Shown piece after piece: positions 8,462 through 15,616 of a stretch of 64,000 bases of DNA (positions are counted from its first letter, which is position 1; every line of letters starts with the position of its first letter). A model generated the notes under the pieces. That model had not been told where the DNA came from and did no database searches. It was given only the letters and a program-made list of their open reading frames with translations. The translations under genes were made by a program, and so were the position numbers. Source of the DNA: a virus; IMG/VR virus record IMGVR_UViG_3300031237_000001, positions 4,181-68,180 of that record; one strand, 5' to 3'.

Positions 8462-8973
8462 AGGTCGCCCGCGTCCTGCGCATCATCGAGTACGTCGGCC
8501 CCGAAGCGTGGGTAGAGCAGAACTGCATCGCCCAGCGCAAGATCAAGGGCCGTAAGGTTTTCCCGAACGGCGGCTACATCACCGAGGGTATCCTGGGCAA
8601 CACCGCGGAGCTCCTAGAGTGTTCCGCGCTTCAAGAAGCCGCCGAAGCCCTCGTGAACCAGAAGCTCTGCCCGGACTGCGGCGGTGGTCAGAAGTTCGAC
8701 TCGACACTGTGCCGTACCTGCGGGGGCCGCGCTTACGTCTCGGCCATCGTGGACTTCGACGAGACCGCCGAGGAGTTGCGCCGTGAGGCTGATAAGGCTA
8801 CCACGCCGCCTCGTGAAGATCATCGCCTGGGAGCTGAGGAGAGAGAAGACCCAGACGACCTTTGCGCCTGCGGTCACTACAGATCTCAGCATCGTCAGCT
8901 TGAGTATCAATGCGGCGGCGTCGGCCCCGACTGGCAGTGCCCCGCAGCCTGCCCCCACTTCGTAGCAAGTTAA
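8458..8973 (+). CDS. hypothetical protein with zinc fingers
   Basis: CPDCGGG...CRTCGG and CACGH...H...C...C..C motifs. Confidence 0.65.
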   Translation: MKVARVLRIIEYVGPEAWVEQNCIAQRKIKGRKVFPNGGYITEGILGNTAELLECSALQEAAEALVNQKLCPDCGGGQKFDSTLCRTCGGRAYVSAIVDFDETAEELRREADKATTPPREDHRLGAEEREDPDDLCACGHYRSQHRQLEYQCGGVGPDWQCPAACPHFVAS

Positions 8974-8982
8974 GGAGCGTTC

Positions 8983-9435
8983 ATGAATACACGTTATCTG
9001 TACATCGTAGCGGCCGTCCTCCTGTTGACAGCCGCTACCCCGCAGCACCCGAATCACTCGGTTCGCCTCGACCGCCTCCAGGTCTCTGCCGCCGACAATG
9101 ACAAGTACCTTCAGATCGTCGCCGGCAAGGTGCAGCCGTCCTCCGGCGTTCCCCTGCCCGTCTTCGTCGATGCCGCGCTCAATGTGACGACAGGTGTCCT
9201 GCCGATTCTGCGCGACGGTACGACGGGGGTACTCACCTTACCGTCTGCGCCTAATCCGCCGCAGTCCCTGCACCTCTATGTAAATGGACTTCGTCAAGTC
9301 CTGGGTCGGGACATCATCCTGAACGGCACTATCGCAACACCGGGGCCGGACCAGACTTTACCGGACGGCCGCGTGTACACACCGAAGGGAGCGATCTTGG
9401 ATGCTGACGAGATCGTCGCCGATTATCGACGCTAG
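8983..9435 (+). CDS. predicted secreted/membrane protein
   Basis: N-terminal signal-like segment; LYVNGLRQxxGxD beta motif; SD AAGGAG. Confidence 0.65.
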   Translation: MNTRYLYIVAAVLLLTAATPQHPNHSVRLDRLQVSAADNDKYLQIVAGKVQPSSGVPLPVFVDAALNVTTGVLPILRDGTTGVLTLPSAPNPPQSLHLYVNGLRQVLGRDIILNGTIATPGPDQTLPDGRVYTPKGAILDADEIVADYRR

Positions 9436-9447
9436 GAGGAGACCGTC

Positions 9448-9915
9448 ATGGAACTGGTAATTAACAGGTGCTATGGAGGCTTTTCCTTATCGCCTCTTGC
9501 TGTTCAGGAATTGGCGAAGAGAAAGGGTAAGAAGTGTTTCTTCTTTACGTATGACTGCGACAAGGGCTACGTGCCTACGACGCTGGAGAAGTTGTTAAGT
9601 AAGCGTACTCTGTTCTTCTGCGCCTTTTCTCGCGCTGACGCTCCGACACTACTTAACCGCAGCAAGGACTGGGGCGAGATGACGACGGAAGAACGACAGG
9701 CAGAGAATGCTTTGCACGATGAACTAGATCTGCCATCTCGTCCGCCAAATCGTTCCGATCCTGATCTGATCGCCGTTGTTCGGGAACTTGGTGAGGCAGC
9801 TAACGGAGGCTGTGCCGAGTTGGCAATAGTGTCCGTTCCAGATGGCGTAGAGTGGGAAATCGACGAGTACGACGGCGTGGAGCACGTCGCCGAAACGCAC
9901 AGAACTTGGAGATAA
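9448..9915 (+). CDS. conserved hypothetical phage protein
   Basis: VINRCYGGFSLS...RSDPDLIAVVRELG..ANG..A.L.IV..PD.V.W.I.EYDG.E pattern; SD AGGAGG. Confidence 0.8.
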   Translation: MELVINRCYGGFSLSPLAVQELAKRKGKKCFFFTYDCDKGYVPTTLEKLLSKRTLFFCAFSRADAPTLLNRSKDWGEMTTEERQAENALHDELDLPSRPPNRSDPDLIAVVRELGEAANGGCAELAIVSVPDGVEWEIDEYDGVEHVAETHRTWR

Positions 9916-9934
9916 AAAAGGAGAACCTTGAAAC

Positions 9935-10876
9935 ATGGCCGAAGCCGACCGAAGCAAAACGATGATGCTGACGACGGGGAAGGGTAAGGGTGGCCCGACT
10001 AAAGCGGGTAAGCTGCCGGGCCACCGGGCCTCGGAACGAAAGGAGCCGCGCCCGTTCAAAGGCATGTGGTACGGCGAAAGTGGAATGGGCAAGACGTACA
10101 TCGTCGTCCAGCTTTTACTGGTGGGCTTTAAGGTCCTCTACTTCTCGACGGAGATGGGTGGTGACGGTTTAAGGACGGTCGAGTCGGCCCTGAAGAAGCT
10201 GGGGCGTGAAGACCTCCTCGCCAACCTCTACGAGGCCCCGGCCTTCGCCGACTATGAGGAGGTCAGCGACTTCCTTCAGGACCCGGCGTCTCGCTGTCCC
10301 GGTTTGTGGACCGACTTCCAACCGGACTTCATCTTCTGGGACGGCTTCACCGAGTTCCAGCTTCTCTACCTGGAGCGTTACATCGCCGACGAGCTCCAGC
10401 CTGATAACCCGCGGGCCGATAGAGAAGCCGGTCTCATGTCTGTGGAGAAGGACTGGAACATGGTGATGAACGGTACGCTTCGAGGTAGCCACGATTTCTT
10501 CCAGATCCGGGATCCGCAGACGGGCCGGGAGCCGCACAAGATCGTGACGTGTAAGCAGGCCGAGAAGGAGAGAGATGCCGTGCCGGGTGTCGAAGGTAAG
10601 CCGGCGCCGATGAAGGCGAAGAAGACCTTCATCCTTCAGGGGGCGGCGAAGAAGATCTTCGAGGGCGCCTTCGACTTCATCTTCCTCGCTGCCAAGAAGG
10701 ACTCGCTCAAGCCGGGCGAGCCGCCCTCCTTTGTCTGGCGTGTGCAGGCGTCGGAGAAGCAGACGGCGAAGGTCCGCGGCTGTGAGTTTACCGAGAAGGA
10801 GATCCCGGCCGACTTCTCCTCTCTATGGTCACGCCTCGGCCTGCCGCTTCCCGAAGACAAGGAGAAGACGACGTGA
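9935..10876 (+). CDS. AAA_24 / Sak4-like ATPase (recombination)
   Basis: Walker A YGESGMGKT, Walker B IFWDG, C-terminal AKxR. Confidence 0.8.
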   Translation: MAEADRSKTMMLTTGKGKGGPTKAGKLPGHRASERKEPRPFKGMWYGESGMGKTYIVVQLLLVGFKVLYFSTEMGGDGLRTVESALKKLGREDLLANLYEAPAFADYEEVSDFLQDPASRCPGLWTDFQPDFIFWDGFTEFQLLYLERYIADELQPDNPRADREAGLMSVEKDWNMVMNGTLRGSHDFFQIRDPQTGREPHKIVTCKQAEKERDAVPGVEGKPAPMKAKKTFILQGAAKKIFEGAFDFIFLAAKKDSLKPGEPPSFVWRVQASEKQTAKVRGCEFTEKEIPADFSSLWSRLGLPLPEDKEKTT

Positions 10877-11091
10877 AGATCATCCGCGACGAAGTCAACG
10901 AACCGTGTGAACAGTGGGACGTTCTGGAGAAGGAACCGGAGACCTGCGGTGCTTTGTGCGAAGATCCTGAGATGCCGGTCTTTTTGTGGTACTCATGCAC
11001 ACGTGAAGACAAGCACCCACCATCGCATCATGCTCATACATTGCGTGGTTGCGTCGCCGTCTGGGACGACGAGGTCAAGGAGACGACGTGA
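10873..11091 (+). CDS. Cys/His-rich small protein, paralog of 833..1063
   Basis: Shared HHAHT motif; GTGA coupling. Confidence 0.6.
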   Translation: MKIIRDEVNEPCEQWDVLEKEPETCGALCEDPEMPVFLWYSCTREDKHPPSHHAHTLRGCVAVWDDEVKETT

Positions 11092-11603
11092 CGTTTAAGG
11101 GAGAAGTCTATCTGACGCACGACGAGTTGAAGGACGCGGTTGAAGTGGAGAAGATCGTGGAGAGCGTCCTCCGTCAGCTCTACACGCCGTCTTACCTGCA
11201 CGTCTCCGTCGCCCCGTGGGAAGGTGATCTGCCGAGCCCGTCTCAGGACGATCTCTCCGCGGCTCTATCCACGCTAGAAAAGGGCGTCGTCACAAGTCCC
11301 GTCGCCGAAGGTACCTTGGGAGAGCCGAAGCAGGGGCCTCCGGTGCCGGGCGCCCTGACATTCACCGAGTACTACGCCGCCTTCGCCGACATGACGTTCC
11401 GCGCCTTGCAGGGTCTCTTCCAGGACCCGAAGAACTGGATGCATACGTGGCGGGGCGGCTGGACGCAGATCGACGGCTCCTTTCGTTCGCAGAACATGCG
11501 GGTCCCCGAGACGTTCGGTCTCGTACTCGTCCTCGGCGACAAGGCCCTGATCGAGGTTCAGCGGCGTCTCGGCGACCCTTCTGCTCTGGAGGTCATCCAG
11601 TGA
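11088..11603 (+). CDS. hypothetical protein
   Basis: SD AAGGAG, GTGA coupling. Confidence 0.6.
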   Translation: MTFKGEVYLTHDELKDAVEVEKIVESVLRQLYTPSYLHVSVAPWEGDLPSPSQDDLSAALSTLEKGVVTSPVAEGTLGEPKQGPPVPGALTFTEYYAAFADMTFRALQGLFQDPKNWMHTWRGGWTQIDGSFRSQNMRVPETFGLVLVLGDKALIEVQRRLGDPSALEVIQ

Positions 11604-11639
11604 TAGCAAGTCAAAGACAGTTGTTTCTAAATTTACTAG

Positions 11640-11771
11640 CATCGTATGAAGGGGATGTGTCGGGCGACCCGGTAGAGATCAGTCGGCAGACTAGCGGAGA
11701 CGTAAGCAAGGCTGCTACGAAAAGCGAGCTGTCGGAGCCGGGTCGTCCAGCAGATCCCCCTGAGACGAATG
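11640..11771 (+). ncRNA. candidate rod-shaped structured RNA
   Basis: Four nested helices (GGGGAT/ATCCCC, GGGCGACCCGG/CCGGGTCGTCC, TCGGCAG/CTGTCGG, TAGCGG/CTGCTA) with G-U pairs in + orientation. Confidence 0.6.
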
Positions 11772-11794
11772 AACACTAACCGAAAAGGAGATGC

Positions 11795-13003
11795 ATGAGA
11801 TACACACTTTTGACGCTACTCTTGACCGCGTGCTCTTGGGCCGCGTCTACGACCGCCGATTACGTTTCTGTCGTAAGCGGTCAAATCGTTAACATCAGTT
11901 CCAGTACGATTCAGTCCGTGCAGATCAGCGAGTACACACCGACGGGACGGCGTATGACGGGCGTACGAGGCCCTCTGAACTGGCTCCCCGGCGCGGTACT
12001 GCCTCAAGTCTTCGCGCAGAACGCGGTGATTGACAGTCTTGTCCTCGACGATGGCACTGTGATCGGTGATGAGCAGTCGGTGATGGTACGCCGCATCCGC
12101 GGCATGGCTTCTGCGCGGCTCGCCTTGGAGAGTCTCGACGGCGCCGCCCTTCAGAAACAGGCCGCTAAGGAGGAGAGCATCGCCGGCATGGATACTGACT
12201 GGAGCGACCTCTTTCTTACCCGCCTAGCTAAGGAGAAGCTGGCAGCCGCCCCGACGATAGACGCAGCGTCTTCGCCTGAAGTCAACGCTCCGCCCATACC
12301 CGTAATGGTGGAGACTCTCTCGTGTCGGCCCGCAACGGTGCAGATGGGCAACTACTCATCTTGCACCTTTACGCTCAACCAAGTGTTACGAAAGACGACG
12401 AGCTTCGTAACTGGTAGTGACTCACCTTACGCCCGGCCCGTGGTTAACACGGTGAGCGTACCCGCCGGAATAAACGCCGGATCGTTCTCCGTTTTGACGT
12501 ACACGTTGCAGGATGGCGTCGATCAGGTATTGGCAACCATCAGCCTCTTCGGCCCTAACAACGGGGTGCAGACAACCATCCTGGTCAAAAGAGACAATTC
12601 TGGGGTGATAACGAGCGTCCATCTACACGGTACTACTGGTCAGTGTCCCGACTACTTCAATCTTCCGCCGTATGAAGGCTTGGGATGCACCGCCACGAAG
12701 ACCGATCCAGCTCCTGAAGGGTACACTCAGATGGTCTACGCTTCTATGGCCGGGTTCTGCTCGCCGGGCAGCGCAGTTACTCAGGTCTCGGTATACCCTG
12801 AGTCGTGGCATACCTGTTCGACTCCGGTCTTCATTCAGATCAGGGTTGGCCTCCTGGCGGAGTTCCGAGGCGTTTGGTCCGAGGCATCGGCATCGGCTGT
12901 GAACCCGCCCATCGACGGTAGAACCTCGGCCTTTGCGGACTGCTTAGGTAATACTTACGCGGAGCCGTCTTTTGATTACGTCTGCGGCTCCTACAACCCG
13001 TAA
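11795..13003 (+). CDS. predicted secreted protein with Ig-like and Cys-rich domains
   Basis: Signal peptide MRYTLLTLLLTACSWA; beta-rich LSCxPATV...CTFTL...VSVPAG...SFSV segment; several Cys. Confidence 0.7.
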   Translation: MRYTLLTLLLTACSWAASTTADYVSVVSGQIVNISSSTIQSVQISEYTPTGRRMTGVRGPLNWLPGAVLPQVFAQNAVIDSLVLDDGTVIGDEQSVMVRRIRGMASARLALESLDGAALQKQAAKEESIAGMDTDWSDLFLTRLAKEKLAAAPTIDAASSPEVNAPPIPVMVETLSCRPATVQMGNYSSCTFTLNQVLRKTTSFVTGSDSPYARPVVNTVSVPAGINAGSFSVLTYTLQDGVDQVLATISLFGPNNGVQTTILVKRDNSGVITSVHLHGTTGQCPDYFNLPPYEGLGCTATKTDPAPEGYTQMVYASMAGFCSPGSAVTQVSVYPESWHTCSTPVFIQIRVGLLAEFRGVWSEASASAVNPPIDGRTSAFADCLGNTYAEPSFDYVCGSYNP

Positions 13004-13098
13004 CCTTTGCGCAGAGAGAAACGTCTTAACTTGTAGACAGGTAGCCTGATGCTACTTTAACCGTCAACCAAAACTAACCAAAACGCAAGAAGGAGATT

Positions 13099-13716
13099 AT
13101 GCCTCTACCCAGAACAGAAGTGAAGAAGAAGCCGACGCTAGCGTGCCTCGGCTACGTCAAGGATGTCGGCGCCCCCAAGGTCAACGAGACGACCGGGACG
13201 ATCTCAGTGCCAATCGAGATCGAAGCCTTAGAGCAGGGCCAGGGCCGCAAGTACTACTTCTCTTACAAGCAAGAGATGCTCGAACCGGGCTTCTCTCCCG
13301 CCGATGCGGACCCAGGAACGGAGTTCCTCTACCGGAAGAACCTCGCCGTCGAGGATGAGGACAGCTTCGACGAGGGCGATGTTTCCGCGTTGAAAGCGAT
13401 GACCGGCGACGCTTACGAAGAGGTCACCGAGGAGCTCATCAAGGTGAACGGTCGCGGCGCCGAGGGCGTCGCCGAGGTCCTCCGCGAGCGGCTCCTGGCC
13501 CTGGCCGAGGACGGCTTGAAGTTCGGCTACGTCCTTCGACAGCAGTACGACAAGACGGGCGAGACCGACGACGCCGGCAAGGCGATCAAGAAGGCGACCA
13601 AGTGGTACGAGGTCGGTACGTTCGCTATCCCGACCGACGCGGTCCTGGCGCGGTGGGAGAAGCGGGCGAAGAAGGCCAAGGCCGACAAGCCCTTCATTCT
13701 CACCTTTGAGACGTAG
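13099..13716 (+). CDS. probable single-stranded DNA-binding protein
   Basis: Strong SD AAGGAG, acidic, beta-rich N-terminus, near Sak4-like ATPase (function inferred from context). Confidence 0.45.
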   Translation: MPLPRTEVKKKPTLACLGYVKDVGAPKVNETTGTISVPIEIEALEQGQGRKYYFSYKQEMLEPGFSPADADPGTEFLYRKNLAVEDEDSFDEGDVSALKAMTGDAYEEVTEELIKVNGRGAEGVAEVLRERLLALAEDGLKFGYVLRQQYDKTGETDDAGKAIKKATKWYEVGTFAIPTDAVLARWEKRAKKAKADKPFILTFET

Positions 13717-14055
13717 GTTAGCCGTGGTGCCCCGTACTGTCGGGCGGGGTTAAATGGGGTCCCTGGAGCGGGCGCAAGTCCGAATCCTCCAAGCAGTAGG
13801 CGTCGGATTAGACACCCGGCGAAACCCAGCCACTTAACGGAACGGGCTGAGTGCAGCGAGCGGCGAGAGCTGATGGGTGAATCGTGGTCGCTCTACGACC
13901 CCCGCGTCTGTACCATCCGAGAGGATCTAGCCCGATCATTTCTAACTTAACCAGTCAACCACGCATCTTTGCCACGAGAAGTTTAGTCGGGCTGAACTAA
14001 ACGGGTGCTCAGTTAGGTCCTTCAGCGAAGGGCAAACCTGAGCATCAGCCCTCTA
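13717..14055 (+). ncRNA. candidate large structured RNA (three domains, pseudoknots)
   Basis: No credible ORF; GNRA hairpins at 13770-13781, 13861-13872, 13915-13926; loop pairings TACTGT/GCAGTA and GGGCTGA/TCAGCCC. Confidence 0.7.
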
Positions 14056-14063
14056 CCTTAACT

Positions 14064-14258
14064 ATGCATATCATCGAAGCCTTACGGTCGTACCAGTCGA
14101 GGGTTGAAGCGAGACTCAGCGAGAAGACCTCCTGGGGCCGCGTCGAGTTGAAAGCCATCCTTGACGAGGAGTACCGCGCCATCCTGGAGAAAATCGTCGT
14201 GGACAGCATGGAGGCGTACCGAGCCGAGAGGGCCACTTCCGGTCTGGAGGACAGATGA
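14064..14258 (+). CDS. small hypothetical protein
   Basis: LSEKTSWGRVELK motif; coupled to the next gene. Confidence 0.6.
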   Translation: MHIIEALRSYQSRVEARLSEKTSWGRVELKAILDEEYRAILEKIVVDSMEAYRAERATSGLEDR

Positions 14259-14527
14259 AGCAGACGAAAGTTCTATGCGACATATGCGGCCGGGAGAAGG
14301 CGACGACTATCTGGTTCACCATCGACCGCCAGATGGACGCCGCAGGTAGCATGGACGACGTTTGCGAGTCCCTGGACCTGTGCGGCGAACATATGTTCGA
14401 GTGTTACTCGATTCTGCTCCTACGTGAAGAGGACCCGGCGAAGAGAAGGGGCGCGGCCCGCCACGTTTACATGACGTTGCGTGCCCGTACCAAGAACTCC
14501 CCGCTACGTTTGGAAGATCTGTCGTGA
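14255..14527 (+). CDS. small zinc-binding protein
   Basis: CDICG ... DLCGEH; SD GGAGG. Confidence 0.65.
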   Translation: MKQTKVLCDICGREKATTIWFTIDRQMDAAGSMDDVCESLDLCGEHMFECYSILLLREEDPAKRRGAARHVYMTLRARTKNSPLRLEDLS

Positions 14528-15174
14528 GCGTCCGTCGCAAACCTGCTCTGTGCAACCTCTGCCCGTACGCGAAGATCGGGGGCGGCTTCGTCCCCGACTG
14601 GTGGCCGCCGTCCGAACCTCGCCTCGCCGTCTTCCTGGAGGCACCAGGCGGCGACGAAGTCCTTCTCTGTGAACCTATGGTCGGTCGCGCTGGCCGCTTC
14701 TGGGAACGTGCCCTTCTACGCCCCCTCGGTCTCTGCCGCGACGAGGTCATCATCGCCAACTGCTTACGCTGCCGGCCGTGGGGACCGCCGAAGCTGCCGA
14801 ATCAGTTCCCGTCTGGACCGCTCGCCAAGAAGGTCATGCAGATCTGTCGGCAGTACGACTTCTTTCACGGGCAAGCCGGCTCCCTCGTCCCGCGGGGCCT
14901 CGCCGACTGGGACCCGAATCTCTTCGTCATCACGTATCACCCGGCCGCGATCCTGCGTGAACGGGCCTTCTACCGGCTCGCCCTGGCCGACTTCGAGAAG
15001 GCCGGTAGGTACATGGAGAAGGGCTGGCGCGTCTGCGTCCTCTGCGGCGACAAGGCGGCGTCACTCGTCTGGCCTTTGGTTAATAAAGGCGGGGTTGAGG
15101 CTTGGCGCGGTCACGTTTTCACCGCCTCGTTGAAGTCGCCGCGTGCATCTCAATTACCGAGAGGTTTACGATGA
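14524..15174 (+). CDS. uracil-DNA glycosylase family 4-like protein (rearranged C-terminal segments)
   Basis: CxxC, EAPG..E...PMVGRAG, NCLRCRP, TYHPAAILR. Confidence 0.8.
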   Translation: MSVRRKPALCNLCPYAKIGGGFVPDWWPPSEPRLAVFLEAPGGDEVLLCEPMVGRAGRFWERALLRPLGLCRDEVIIANCLRCRPWGPPKLPNQFPSGPLAKKVMQICRQYDFFHGQAGSLVPRGLADWDPNLFVITYHPAAILRERAFYRLALADFEKAGRYMEKGWRVCVLCGDKAASLVWPLVNKGGVEAWRGHVFTASLKSPRASQLPRGLR

Positions 15175-15329
15175 AGGTTACTCTGTGGTTATTCTGGCTC
15201 CTTATTAGAAATAGGGTCGTGGGCAACGTGTCGTCGGCGGGGTACAGCCATCGGGACGAGCAGTACGCCTTGGCCGATAAGATCGTCAGGGAGGTACTGC
15301 GCGATTTGGATGAGGAGTTTGTGAAGTGA
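15171..15329 (+). CDS. small hypothetical protein
   Basis: ATGA coupling, SD GAGG. Confidence 0.45.
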   Translation: MKVTLWLFWLLIRNRVVGNVSSAGYSHRDEQYALADKIVREVLRDLDEEFVK

Positions 15330-15342
15330 CAAGGAGACTGCA

Positions 15343-15531
15343 ATGAGATACATTTTAGCTCTGGACTTTGAACCGCTCGATCATGAACGTCGCAGTTTAG
15401 ATCATGAGAATTGCAAACAGATGCTTCGTATCTTGGAGAGTCTCCTGACGCTTTGGGGCGTCCCTTACTATCTGAGCCCGCCTTTGCGGGAGGACCTCGC
15501 CGAAATCGAAGCCGTCGTGGAGCAGAAGTGA
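15343..15531 (+). CDS. small hypothetical protein
   Basis: SD AAGGAG. Confidence 0.55.
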   Translation: MRYILALDFEPLDHERRSLDHENCKQMLRILESLLTLWGVPYYLSPPLREDLAEIEAVVEQK

Positions 15532-15611
15532 ACGAAGCTCTACATCTCGCCGCTTGGGGTCTCCTCCTCGTCGCCTTGGGCCACGTCATCGGTTCACGGC
15601 GTCAGGGCTGA
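15528..15611 (+). CDS. single-TM micropeptide
   Basis: MNEALHLAAWGLLLVALGHVIGSRRQG; GTGA coupling. Confidence 0.45.
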   Translation: MNEALHLAAWGLLLVALGHVIGSRRQG

Positions 15612-15616
15612 CGAAC

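Noticed and set aside
13845-13880. Hammerhead ribozyme core
   Set aside because: CTGATGG and CTGAGTG do not fit CUGANGA with correctly placed GAAA and stems.
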